This document shows positions 1 to 9,462 of a DNA stretch of 61,131 nucleotides, one piece after another (position 1 is the first letter of the stretch; each line of letters begins with the position of its first letter). Below the pieces are notes generated by a model, which worked only from the letters and a program-made list of their open reading frames with translations, was not told the origin of the DNA and made no database searches. Where the stretch lies: the NCBI GenBank assembly GCA_964421635.1, contig CAYQWZ010000007.1:1-61131 (forward strand). The letters run 5' to 3'. Source of the stretch: an uncultured Candidatus Saccharibacteria bacterium. GTDB lineage: Bacteria > Patescibacteriota > UBA1384 > CAILIB01 > JAUSJZ01. The translations under genes and the position numbers were made by a program.

Positions 1-110
1 CGTACAATAGAGGGCTAAATACAGTCACAAGGGTCTAGACCGGTTTACACTGCCAGAAAAATGATAGTGTCCGCAGGATGCTGTCATTTTTTTGTTAGAC
101 AAAGTACTCC

Positions 111-653
111 TTGGCAATGTTTGTTATGCTAAAACAAATGAATAAATACAAAAAGATTTGCGTCATTGGCAACTCAGGCAGTGGCAAATCAACTCTGACT
201 CACGCTTTAAGTAAAAAATATAATTTACCTACTTTTCATTTAGACAAAGAGTTACTGCATGGCCAGTTTGAACCGCATCCTTTAGAAAAACAAAAAAAGA
301 TTCACAACCAAATTATCTCTCAAGAAAAATGGATTATTGACGGCTCTTACAACAAACTAATTGAGGATAGAATCAAACGGGCAGATTTAGTGATTTATTT
401 AAATGTGTCTAGATTAATTATTATTCCCAGAGTAATTAAGCGATATATTCTCAATACCAATCGTGGAAAATCAGTTCCTAAAAATGCAAAGAATAAGCTT
501 AGTTTTAATTTTTTTCGAATATTGCTGCAACATTCTCGACGCCAACGACTTGCTCGTTACCTAGAAACAGTAAAGAAACACCCAAATACAAAATTTATCT
601 CTTTAACACCCGCGAGTATAGGAAAATGGCTTAAACAGATTGAAGAGCTATAA
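111..653 (+). CDS. P-loop NTPase, adenylate kinase / topology-modulation (FlaR)-like
   Basis: Walker A GNSGSGKST near the N-terminus; about 20 kDa. The track start is TTG; in-frame ATGs at 117/126/138 are alternative starts. Confidence 0.6.
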   Translation: MAMFVMLKQMNKYKKICVIGNSGSGKSTLTHALSKKYNLPTFHLDKELLHGQFEPHPLEKQKKIHNQIISQEKWIIDGSYNKLIEDRIKRADLVIYLNVSRLIIIPRVIKRYILNTNRGKSVPKNAKNKLSFNFFRILLQHSRRQRLARYLETVKKHPNTKFISLTPASIGKWLKQIEEL

Positions 654-687
654 AAAAACCCGAGCGGTCAAGCTCGGGTCGGAGGTA

Positions 688-2805
688 TCAATTCAGATCA
701 ATCACACCCCCCTCGAAGGATTGAACTGAATTGTCTGCGTTGCTGTTGGCTATCGGGAAACCATAGCGTCCACCAGGGCCACCGGCGTCTTGATGAATAC
801 GATGGATGCGGCCATGAACGAGCCAGATGCTGCCACCCAGCTCATAGGCACAGCCACCTTGGAAAAGCTGGCTCTCTCCCTTTCTGTGAGATACGCCAGA
901 TTCCATGTGGTACTGCTTCATTTGCTGCGGGAAGCCAATTCGCCGCAAGCCATCCCATTCGTCACTCCAGTACTTAGTGTTGAAGTAGGTGGTGATCTCG
1001 TACAGATTGACGTAGTGGAACATAGTCGCGCCCTCAAACAACTGGACTCGACCACGCGCTCCATTGATTCCAGACTCCCGATACTCAGCATTACTTATCG
1101 GAAATCCATTTTCACCAGCTTCCACACCTTTGACATGCCAATGAGAAGCAAAAGCCTCATTGACATAGCCGTATCCTCCACGGAAATGCGTTACATAACC
1201 GCCTTCCGTATGCAAGACATGACCTAGCTCACCACTTACACCTGAGCGCGCAAAGTCTCTCTGCGGCAAGATGGGGCAACCCATCATGCCAGTTGAGGCT
1301 CCGTAGCTCTGGTAGGCATCCCATAGACCTCCCTGAACACCAAAAACGTTGGTGCCAAGGTTGACCAAGATGCCACGAGCAAAGAGCTGGTAGTCATGCG
1401 GATAGTATGGAGTTATCTGCGAGACAATCGGGTCAGGATGATTATGCTGATGAACTGGGCCCAGAGCGTGTCCCAAACCACCAAGCCGTTGCCACTCTGC
1501 CCTGTACTTCACAGGATACGACCCACCTTCACCAGGTTGCCAATTGCCAGAATCAACTTGCGTTGAACCAGGCGTTGGGCTAGGACTAGACGGTGGGTCT
1601 GGAGTTGGGTTAGGAGTAGGCGGCAAATCATTCGCAGGCGGCGGATTTGGGCTTGGGTCAGGATTCGATGGCGGATCTGAAGGTTGCTCATTACTTAAGA
1701 TCTCTTTAACTTGATCAATAACCTTATCACTTTCTGACAGGCTTGTATGTGATTCACCAGTCATTTCATAATGTCGCCAATGACGACATTCATTTGCCAA
1801 GCCATTCCAGCTGGCATTAACAACTGCAACAATTCCATCACCGCCAGTATTTCTCCAATTGCCAGCAAGACTGTAGTAATCAGTGGAGGTTACAACCATA
1901 TTGCTTGGGCTGTTCAAGATATGAATGAAGGAGCTCGTGTGCAACATATCACGAGCAGCGTCCAAAATACCTTCTCTACTGAAAATGTTCATTATTGCCG
2001 ATATTTCAGGTACAGTATTTGTTATTAACAAAACTAAAGCTGAATATGTTGTTCCTGTGTGAGGTGTCCCTAGCGTAATAAGATTGTTCGTATGACGATA
2101 CATTCCATTACGCTCAACCAAATTCCGGCTTATTAAACCACCAAGGCTATGACCTATGATGTCAATGCCACCTGTCTCACCAGGAAAGTGGTCTGCAATT
2201 ACTTGAAGAACATCTCTCGTCATCGAATCAATCCCTTGCTTATAGTTGTACCCAATAGAAAGACATCTGTCGTAACGCCTAGTAGCTTTGAGAGCATCAC
2301 GCATTGTACTCATTCTATTTGCATTTGAAAGAATACCATGTAGGAGAACAACATTCTTACCGTGATAGTTGCGACCATTGTTGAAATCGAACAATTCAAC
2401 GGTCATTGGTCCATAAGGATCAACCTCAGCAGGATAAACCGAAAATGTTCGGTTGAGGTCTGCCCGTGAATTCGAGCCAACATTGAAGCTGATTTCCTGA
2501 TCACCTACCTCTGGCTGCAATAGACGACTATTTTCACCTTCAGTCATGATACCAACATACCAGCTACCTGGTTCAAGTTGGCTTATAGGTACAGAAACGA
2601 CTTCCTGTGTAACAACAGGGACTGTCACAGTCGGCTGTGATTCAACTATCTGAAGCTCGCCACTCTCATAGTTGTTGTTGGTATTGGAACTAGTATTCGA
2701 ATTGATGTTGGAATTAGTGTTGCTATTACTAGCACCACCTCCGCCACCACATGCTACAATCGAAAAAGTGAGCAGCAATAAAACTGCGCATAGCGTCCGT
2801 TTCAT
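688..2805 (-). CDS. secreted lipoprotein: alpha/beta-hydrolase (lipase/esterase) + Pro-rich linker + LGFP-like repeats
   Basis: Signal peptide with lipobox (FSIVAC), N/S/T-rich linker, nucleophile elbow GHSLGG, and linker PSDPPSNPDPSPNPPP. At least three C-terminal repeats of the form (I/Y)GFP...Q(L/S)F(E/Q)GG. Visibly GC-rich versus its neighbours. Confidence 0.7.
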   Translation of the reverse strand: MKRTLCAVLLLLTFSIVACGGGGGASNSNTNSNINSNTSSNTNNNYESGELQIVESQPTVTVPVVTQEVVSVPISQLEPGSWYVGIMTEGENSRLLQPEVGDQEISFNVGSNSRADLNRTFSVYPAEVDPYGPMTVELFDFNNGRNYHGKNVVLLHGILSNANRMSTMRDALKATRRYDRCLSIGYNYKQGIDSMTRDVLQVIADHFPGETGGIDIIGHSLGGLISRNLVERNGMYRHTNNLITLGTPHTGTTYSALVLLITNTVPEISAIMNIFSREGILDAARDMLHTSSFIHILNSPSNMVVTSTDYYSLAGNWRNTGGDGIVAVVNASWNGLANECRHWRHYEMTGESHTSLSESDKVIDQVKEILSNEQPSDPPSNPDPSPNPPPANDLPPTPNPTPDPPSSPSPTPGSTQVDSGNWQPGEGGSYPVKYRAEWQRLGGLGHALGPVHQHNHPDPIVSQITPYYPHDYQLFARGILVNLGTNVFGVQGGLWDAYQSYGASTGMMGCPILPQRDFARSGVSGELGHVLHTEGGYVTHFRGGYGYVNEAFASHWHVKGVEAGENGFPISNAEYRESGINGARGRVQLFEGATMFHYVNLYEITTYFNTKYWSDEWDGLRRIGFPQQMKQYHMESGVSHRKGESQLFQGGCAYELGGSIWLVHGRIHRIHQDAGGPGGRYGFPIANSNADNSVQSFEGGVIDLN

Positions 2806-2958
2806 GTGTGTTCTCCTCCTGTTCGGATTGCTCAGGTTCTAGCTCTAGTGAATTCAGAGCTTAACAAATTAGTAACAGATTTAGTCTGTTAAGTCAATTA
2901 TTGTGCTTGACAAATAAGTAAATTTATTGTAGAAGTGAAACAAGAAAGGAGACCGACA

Positions 2959-3273
2959 ATGGCCAGAGCCAAACGCAAAAGACATTTTGCTGGTGGCAAA
3001 ATCACGGACAGTCATTCCACTATCATTGATGCCGCTCGAGCTCCCGTTAGAGCCGCCGAAAAATCACCCCTCGTTAGCAAGATTTCCCTAAGAAGGATCA
3101 CTCGCTGTCGAGGAAGCGAGCGCCGAATTAAGTGCGTTCCCGTCAACGGAGGATTCCGAGCAACAATCGTTGGCTCTAGGAGTGTTCAAGACATCATGGT
3201 TTATCTCCACCAAGCCACCGAATCTAATCTGCGAGCCGTGCAAGCAATCATGGAAGAAGCTCTTGCCGCATAA
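2959..3273 (+). CDS. hypothetical basic protein (GC-rich cassette)
   Basis: ATG at 2959 lies 7 nt after AAGGAG; the track ORF starts at GTG 2935. A hairpin terminator follows. No recognisable motif. Confidence 0.45.
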   Translation: MARAKRKRHFAGGKITDSHSTIIDAARAPVRAAEKSPLVSKISLRRITRCRGSERRIKCVPVNGGFRATIVGSRSVQDIMVYLHQATESNLRAVQAIMEEALAA

Positions 3274-3279
3274 CCCCGT

Positions 3280-3312
3280 CTCATCTCAAACGCAATCGAG
3301 ATGAGGCTTTTT
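3280..3312 (+). terminator. intrinsic terminator
   Basis: ctcatctc / gagatgag 8-bp stem followed by TTTTT. Confidence 0.6.
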
Positions 3313-3314
3313 AT

Positions 3315-3542
3315 TTAAAGATGATCGTAAAAAGCGCCAGTTAACAACAGAACAACCACACCTGTGCCCAAAAGAAGCCAAGGCTGGTCAACCAAAAAAG
3401 TACTATCTAATATTTTTTCGAATCCGTACAGTGTAGCAACCAAACCAAAAGCCGCTAATAAAGGTGCCAGCAGAGGAACTTTTTTAATATCCTGCTGAAT
3501 TATATTCTGCTTTTTTTTCATCGCCTCAATCTCTTTCTTCAT
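3315..3542 (-). CDS. small membrane protein
   Basis: 75 aa with two hydrophobic segments after a K-rich N-terminus; AT-rich backbone codon usage. Confidence 0.45.
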   Translation of the reverse strand: MKKEIEAMKKKQNIIQQDIKKVPLLAPLLAAFGLVATLYGFEKILDSTFLVDQPWLLLGTGVVVLLLTGAFYDHL

Positions 3543-3569
3543 TTATTTCTAAATTATTAATTTTATTTT

Positions 3570-5591
3570 TCAAGACATTTCTTCGCAGACTTGAGCTATC
3601 GCCTGACTCACATTTACACCGTTATCTATTCTCCTTCTTATTTCTGGCCATACTTCTCTCGCTAAAAAAAGATCGTTCTGTTGAATTTGATCCATATGAA
3701 TTAATCCCAACTGTTGTAACTCAGCTAAGGAATATAAATCTAACCCATGAATATATGCTAAATCTTCAACACCATTTTCTTTCATAGCATTAAGTAGAAA
3801 TTCTTGTTCAGCATATTTCAGTTGATCTGTGTTAGTAATATAACCACTATTATCATTTATATCTACGCCACCTCTAAATATTCTCATTACTCTTTCGTAT
3901 ACATAGTCAACCGCATCCTGATATTGCTCACTATCTTCTATTAATTCCGCTATCGTCTTACCATAAGTTCTTCTGGAATATGCTTCTAAAAAAACCATAA
4001 AACAATCTTTAAAAGTTCCACCTCTCTGTTTTTCTCGTATTGCAATATAATAATATGGTTCTGCATCTCTAGTCACGCCGACCATAGATTCTCTAGCTTC
4101 ACTCTCTATTCCCATTGCACCGGCCTCAGCTAATATACTACTCCTGCCCGATTTTATATCAGAATTAACCCTCAAACCTGTCGACATTATATTTGCCTTA
4201 TTCTGATATTGAATCATATGAGTAACTTCGTGCTCTATAACTCCTAATACATCAATTAATCCTCGTTCTAAAGATGCGGGTATCTTAACAACTTTATCGC
4301 GATCACTCACAATAAATGTTTTCCTTGATTTATCAATTAAGCTACTCCACGGTTTTTCCACTTGATCATAACCATAATGTCTAATCACCAAATCTACCAA
4401 CATTTGTACTTCGTTTGGACCAATTAATTCTTGATTATAAAGTTCATAAGCCTCAGATGATTGTTGACCCTCTTGCTCAATGGCTTCATCTAACTTCTCT
4501 TCTGTTTGCTCAGTTATTTCTCGATAATCTCCAGTTTGAGCATCTATGCCAATTCCTTTTAAAAACCTATCAATTCTGTTTAAAGTTTTTGGTGTATTCT
4601 CTGTATTAAATCTCGGGTTTGGTACACTTTTTCTACTAGATCTCGAGGGTTTATGACGACCAGTCACGGCCTTTAAAGCAACAAGCTCTTCTTCCCCACC
4701 CGCTTGTTCAAGCATGCTCCCAAATTGGTAATAAAAAGCTATTCGCTCATTTATTCTTCGTCTATATAGATCAACTACTATACTTTTTGCCATTTCTAAA
4801 CCTTCTTCTCCCAATCCATCTTGCATAACTTTTAATTCTGTTTTCATAGCGCGAATTCTAGTAGCCATTTCAGCTAAAAGCTCTGGTTTGACTACTCGTT
4901 GAATTCGAGAAGGATTTTGCACAGCAGATATATCTCCTTTTCTTTGTTGTAACTGAGAGGTAAATTTCTTTTGAGCAATAGTATCACTAAACACTTTAAT
5001 AGCCTCCAACATTCTCGGACCAATGGCATCTAATTCAACTTCATATAGCAAAGTAGTCAATTCCTCATTATTTTGCGGCACTTGATCTGTCTGAGATTCT
5101 GGTTTGTAAAAAACTATTTTGCCTACTTCTTTGCTGAGCTCGGGTAATTCTGCGCCATTTTCTATGTAATCACGGAAGCTCTCTTCGCTCGAACAAATGG
5201 TCTGTAAATCAATAATCAAACTACTATAAAGCGCCTCAACCTGTTTTTTTCCTTTAATGCTTTCTGTTAAGATTCCCAATTCTTCTGTTATACCTTCTAC
5301 AAGAGTTCTTAATCCAAGATCTTTATAAAGTAATAAGACCAATCTTCTTCCCTCTTCTTCCTGAAAAGCTTCTGTGTAAACCTCATGTATTTCCACTTGA
5401 GTGTCAGTAATACCATGAAGTTGTTCAAAAAGAGGTCCTTCAAATTCTCTAAGCTGCTCCAATTCTTCAGGAGTAATTATTGGCTCAATCTCACCCGAAA
5501 AAACTCTTTCAGGGTCTCTTACTAATTCTGATGGTCTTAAAGGGTAAATATGACCCGAGCCTTTTTCTGGGTTTGACACAGAGATAATCAT
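3570..5591 (-). CDS. zinc metallopeptidase, DUF1704 / Tyr-Phe carboxypeptidase (MATCAP)-like C-terminal half
   Basis: HEVTHM (HExxH) followed by ILAEAGAMGIE, which resembles the QEGLA motif region of the DUF1704 family. Lies next to ATP-grasp ligases, as that family often does. The N-terminal half is unassigned. Confidence 0.55.
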   Translation of the reverse strand: MIISVSNPEKGSGHIYPLRPSELVRDPERVFSGEIEPIITPEELEQLREFEGPLFEQLHGITDTQVEIHEVYTEAFQEEEGRRLVLLLYKDLGLRTLVEGITEELGILTESIKGKKQVEALYSSLIIDLQTICSSEESFRDYIENGAELPELSKEVGKIVFYKPESQTDQVPQNNEELTTLLYEVELDAIGPRMLEAIKVFSDTIAQKKFTSQLQQRKGDISAVQNPSRIQRVVKPELLAEMATRIRAMKTELKVMQDGLGEEGLEMAKSIVVDLYRRRINERIAFYYQFGSMLEQAGGEEELVALKAVTGRHKPSRSSRKSVPNPRFNTENTPKTLNRIDRFLKGIGIDAQTGDYREITEQTEEKLDEAIEQEGQQSSEAYELYNQELIGPNEVQMLVDLVIRHYGYDQVEKPWSSLIDKSRKTFIVSDRDKVVKIPASLERGLIDVLGVIEHEVTHMIQYQNKANIMSTGLRVNSDIKSGRSSILAEAGAMGIESEARESMVGVTRDAEPYYYIAIREKQRGGTFKDCFMVFLEAYSRRTYGKTIAELIEDSEQYQDAVDYVYERVMRIFRGGVDINDNSGYITNTDQLKYAEQEFLLNAMKENGVEDLAYIHGLDLYSLAELQQLGLIHMDQIQQNDLFLAREVWPEIRRRIDNGVNVSQAIAQVCEEMS

Positions 5592-5618
5592 TACTTATTC
5601 AACTGCTATAATTGTAAC

Positions 5619-6575
5619 ATGAGATCATCAAGTAAAAATAATAATATGTTTGACACTATTGTGTGTTTAAATGTCAATCCTGATGCTTACGCCCCCACTA
5701 GGTTTAAGGAAGAAACACAAAAGATGGGTTTAAATTTCATTTCACTCAATATTCCAAATCTCTTGATTGAGATTGACAAAAATAATTTAAATTTATATGC
5801 GGATAATAAAAAAATTGATTTAAAAAAATCTGCCTTTATTATCAGAAGTTTATCTATTCAAGGACAAAGTGATACTCATTTTTTTAAATCCTTTATTAAT
5901 TTCTTAGTTCTTCATGAGGTACGTATACTCAATAAAAATAGTATTTTGAGTATGTTTTTTCAAGACAAATTGAGTCAAAATATCTTCTACGCTAAAAATG
6001 GTTTAGCTTCGCCTAGACCCAGCGTTTTTTCAGGTAATAGTAAGACCATTATTAATTACGATTTCAATTACCCAATTATTGCCAAACCAAAGGTTGGTAG
6101 TCACGGACGAGGAATTATTAAAATTGATAGTCAGCAAGATTTAGTAGGTTTTGTCGAAAAAGAAGAGGTAAGCCAATATATTTTTCAAAAGTACATAAAA
6201 GCTGATTTTGACATTAGAGCCTTCGTTTGTCCTTTTGGAATAATTGGTGCTATGAAAAGACAGGGTAAAAAAGGTTTTATTCACAATGTTTCTCAAGGAG
6301 CTAAAACTGAAATCATTGAGCTAGACCAAGAAGCAGAAAAAATTTGTCTCGACCTGCAAAAAATTACCAAATCAGATATTATTGGTGTCGATTTGATATT
6401 TAATGAAGATGATCAACAATATTATACACTAGAAGCCGATTATAGTAATCAGTTTACTGGTTTTGAGCAAGCAACAAAGTTTAATATGGCAAGGTTACAG
6501 CTAGACTTATTACTAGAAAAAGATATTAATCTTGACAGCAACGACTATCAATTCAAAAGTGCTAAACAGGATTAA
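5619..6575 (+). CDS. RimK-like ATP-grasp ligase
   Basis: About 300 aa with an ATP-grasp layout (IAKPKVGSHGRGI ... DIRAFV ... GVDLIF). Confidence 0.65.
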   Translation: MRSSSKNNNMFDTIVCLNVNPDAYAPTRFKEETQKMGLNFISLNIPNLLIEIDKNNLNLYADNKKIDLKKSAFIIRSLSIQGQSDTHFFKSFINFLVLHEVRILNKNSILSMFFQDKLSQNIFYAKNGLASPRPSVFSGNSKTIINYDFNYPIIAKPKVGSHGRGIIKIDSQQDLVGFVEKEEVSQYIFQKYIKADFDIRAFVCPFGIIGAMKRQGKKGFIHNVSQGAKTEIIELDQEAEKICLDLQKITKSDIIGVDLIFNEDDQQYYTLEADYSNQFTGFEQATKFNMARLQLDLLLEKDINLDSNDYQFKSAKQD

Positions 6576-7950
6576 TATAGAAACTTCCTAAATCTACTGC
6601 TCCAATAATAGCCGAATAAGCCAAATGAGAGCGATTTACTATTGAGACCTGAGTTTCAATTTCTCTTCTATGAATTTGAATTTTCACTGGTACATAAGCT
6701 CTAACCGTCCCACCAGAAGCAGATTTCACAGCCTTAAATTTTATACCCAGTTTTGTAAATGATTTTTCCGCTTCAACTTCTTTCAATCTCTGTCGAGCAT
6801 CTGAAATTTTTAGTATATGAAACATACCCTTAGATTGAAGTACATTTACCAGTTTAGAAAACCCCAATCTTCTAGCGGCTGTTATTCCAATAGAACTCGA
6901 GTCAGCTCCTGTATCAACTTTTGCCTTAACATGAAGTGATTTCTTTCCATCAATACTGCGAATAATGATTTTTTCTATACGCTTTAGAACTGGTTTTTTT
7001 GTTGTCTTTATTTTCATTCCGTCATATTCTGAGAACAACTCATTAGCCACTCTCATGCCATGCTCGACTGAGCGAACCTTCAAATTTCGCACTCTACTAA
7101 CTCTTTCGTTTAATCCTGCTAAATTAGCAATTTGAATATCTAAACCAGGCCGCGCATTAGCTTCTAAAATTAACACTCGTCCTTTTGAATCTATTACAAT
7201 ATCTACACCTGAGTACCCTAAACCAGAAATTCTTTGCGCTTCAATAGCAATTTGCAACACTTGATTCCATTTAGGTACCTTCAAGTCAGCCAATCTCATT
7301 GAGGTATCAGGATGCTGAGCAATTAAATTACTATTGTGAATGGTCAAGGTTGTTATACCAGAACCAATATCGATGCCTACTCCTAAGCCTCCAGCGTGCA
7401 AGTTGCTTCGCCCACCAGATTCAACTGTCGGTAAGCGCAACATCGCCATTATTGGCACACTGTTATAAACAATTACTCGAATATCTGGCAGTCCAGAGTT
7501 TGATAACTGGCGGAAAAACTGATGGGGTTTAATGCGTTCTTCAAAAAACGCTCTGTCGGGTAAATATCCTTTTGAATATTGGCCATCTAAAATATCTCGC
7601 AGGTGTCTAGCAATGTTTTCTCGAGTATATTCTCGCGATCCTTTCATCCATATTCTTCTTTTTTTACTCCAGTTAAGAACAATGATGCCATGCCCTCCGT
7701 ATCCTCTATCTGGCTTAATAACAAAGCTTTTTTCTTCTAACTTCTCCCAAGGAATTTCGGATAAATCTCTAAAGTTAGAAACAATGTCATAAATTTCTGG
7801 CGTGGCAACATCATTCTTCATCAACAGACTTTTAAACCGAATTTTAGAGTTAACCCGATTAATTGCAAACTGATAATTAACCACTTTTATTAAGCGGGAA
7901 TTACGAGTATTCATGCCCATAATTATTTGGGGCAGAGGTACTTTAGACAT
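6562..7950 (-). CDS. ATP-grasp (alpha-L-glutamate ligase-related) fused to retropepsin-like 'ATP-dependent zinc protease' domain
   Basis: N-terminal ATP-grasp (VIKPDRGYGGHGI, DIRVIVY, GVDIVID). C-terminal KVDTGADSSSI aspartic-protease-type motif. Confidence 0.65.
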   Translation of the reverse strand: MSKVPLPQIIMGMNTRNSRLIKVVNYQFAINRVNSKIRFKSLLMKNDVATPEIYDIVSNFRDLSEIPWEKLEEKSFVIKPDRGYGGHGIIVLNWSKKRRIWMKGSREYTRENIARHLRDILDGQYSKGYLPDRAFFEERIKPHQFFRQLSNSGLPDIRVIVYNSVPIMAMLRLPTVESGGRSNLHAGGLGVGIDIGSGITTLTIHNSNLIAQHPDTSMRLADLKVPKWNQVLQIAIEAQRISGLGYSGVDIVIDSKGRVLILEANARPGLDIQIANLAGLNERVSRVRNLKVRSVEHGMRVANELFSEYDGMKIKTTKKPVLKRIEKIIIRSIDGKKSLHVKAKVDTGADSSSIGITAARRLGFSKLVNVLQSKGMFHILKISDARQRLKEVEAEKSFTKLGIKFKAVKSASGGTVRAYVPVKIQIHRREIETQVSIVNRSHLAYSAIIGAVDLGSFYINPV

Positions 7951-7954
7951 AAGT

Positions 7955-8644
7955 TTATTCGTCTTTATCTACTATCAAGCGCTTGCGAACAAGGCGAAAG
8001 CGGTATAGTTCTGAAAGGCGTAATCCATTCCAACGGTTAAGAGCAATAGCTAATAGAGGTACTAATAAAGATAATTCAGGATAAGTATAGACCGCGTCTC
8101 GAGCTGCCTGCCAACGCAAAAATAATGCTCCAATAATAGCTATTAAAATAGTCTCACCCATTAAAGTCAGACTGTTTTTAGCTCCGCGCTCATTGGAAAC
8201 TCGTAAGAAATCTTCTGTAAATAGAAGCAAAACCACGAAAGATAAAATTGACATAGATTCAACTGGGCTTTTGTTAGAGATGGCAGAGATAAAAATTAAG
8301 GTCCAAAAAACTCCCATGGTAACAATTGAAATAACGAAAGCTGAACGCGGTAAATAAAGCATGCGGAATGGTCTGACAATCACTCTGCCAAAAATGGTAA
8401 ACAAAGCAACGAAGAAAATGAGGGCTAAACCGTAAGTGAAGCCAGAAACAGCAAAGATTACTGACAGCACAATTGGAAAGAATAATCCTATCGTTTTTAC
8501 CCCAATAATATGGCGTAAGAAAGCCAAAATTAAGGATACAAATGGAACTAACAGAAAGATGTCAATTACGGCTCTGGGTATATCTTGGGCAATGGCCAGC
8601 TCTGTCGTAATTGACAAAATAAAATTGTGTAAAGTATAGAACAT
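7955..8644 (-). CDS. polytopic (about 7TM) membrane protein of the type associated with these ATP-grasp ligases
   Basis: 229 aa, almost entirely hydrophobic helices; 4-nt gap to the upstream ATP-grasp gene. Confidence 0.55.
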   Translation of the reverse strand: MFYTLHNFILSITTELAIAQDIPRAVIDIFLLVPFVSLILAFLRHIIGVKTIGLFFPIVLSVIFAVSGFTYGLALIFFVALFTIFGRVIVRPFRMLYLPRSAFVISIVTMGVFWTLIFISAISNKSPVESMSILSFVVLLLFTEDFLRVSNERGAKNSLTLMGETILIAIIGALFLRWQAARDAVYTYPELSLLVPLLAIALNRWNGLRLSELYRFRLVRKRLIVDKDE

Positions 8645-8692
8645 AACTCAGAGTAAGAGTATGCTAATTCGGGTCAAAAGGCAAGTTAAATA

Positions 8693-9187
8693 CTATAGTT
8701 CGTTATAATCTAAAACTTCTTCACCTTCACCCTGATAACTAAATGACACCTCTTTAGAATCTACCTCTGTGTCATTAAAATAAACCGTTATCGTACCATT
8801 ATAATTACCTCCCTCTAAAGTATTTATCACCGTAGTAACTACGAGTGGAACGTCCATTTCAAATACATCTTGATTAATAGTCACACCAGCTTTATAGCTA
8901 GTCTCCGCACCATTTAATACTAACTCTGTAGTCAGCTCTCCATTTTGTGAATTTGACCATTTTTTAATTAACTCCTGATTGTAGGAAACGGTAAGTAAAG
9001 TTTGCCCGACCGCATTAAAATCCTCATCATTATCAACCGCTTGTTCTGTATCACTATTAGATATCTCCCGCTGTAGTGGATCGGCAGAACTTCCAGTCAT
9101 CAGCTTAAAGCAACAGACGTATCCCATCCCAAAAGACAACACCACAACTGCCACTATCGCTATAATTTTTATTACTAATTTTTTCAT
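8693..9187 (-). CDS. membrane-anchored hypothetical protein
   Basis: N-terminal TM helix followed by an acidic/polar domain; no motif recognised. Confidence 0.45.
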   Translation of the reverse strand: MKKLVIKIIAIVAVVVLSFGMGYVCCFKLMTGSSADPLQREISNSDTEQAVDNDEDFNAVGQTLLTVSYNQELIKKWSNSQNGELTTELVLNGAETSYKAGVTINQDVFEMDVPLVVTTVINTLEGGNYNGTITVYFNDTEVDSKEVSFSYQGEGEEVLDYNEL

Positions 9188-9462
9188 TATATGGGCGGTA
9201 AAATACTCGTTGAATAACTATATTGTTTATATGTTGAGCCCTCGGACTCCATTTCTGCTACGGCATCCCAGCGTTCCTGCCAAGAAACACCATCCCTAGA
9301 AGTAACATCTACATCGTTCTGCTTATTTTTTTTACTATTCATACCAGTCATATAAACCGCCAAAAGACTAAACATCAAAACTGATACAAAAAAACGAAGG
9401 TAGATTTTTCTAACGCGTTTCAAAGGGGCATTCACTCTCAGAGTTTTCATATACACAACCAA
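9187..9462 (-). CDS. small membrane-anchored hypothetical protein
   Basis: One TM segment. The start is uncertain (MKTLRV at 9450 is possible). Overlaps the end of the upstream ORF. Confidence 0.3.
   Translation of the reverse strand: MVVYMKTLRVNAPLKRVRKIYLRFFVSVLMFSLLAVYMTGMNSKKNKQNDVDVTSRDGVSWQERWDAVAEMESEGSTYKQYSYSTSILPPI

Noticed and set aside
1-100. The sequence at the window start ending in a hairpin plus T-run (about 60-97), as the 3' end of an RNA gene.
   Set aside because: Only a fragment is visible and no recognisable RNA motif is present, so it cannot be classified from about 100 nt.
790-2028. Plus-strand ORFs inside the lipase/LGFP gene (790-1227, 1771-2028) and minus-strand alternative-frame ORF 1509-1691.
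   Set aside because: These are shadow ORFs of a GC-rich gene. The 705-aa frame carries coherent signal peptide, catalytic and repeat motifs.
2640-2745. The AAC/AAT-rich (N/S/T) tract at the N-terminus of the lipase as a second DGR TR or VR.
   Set aside because: It has no sequence similarity to the TR at 58788-58915. It is a simple low-complexity linker after the lipoprotein signal.
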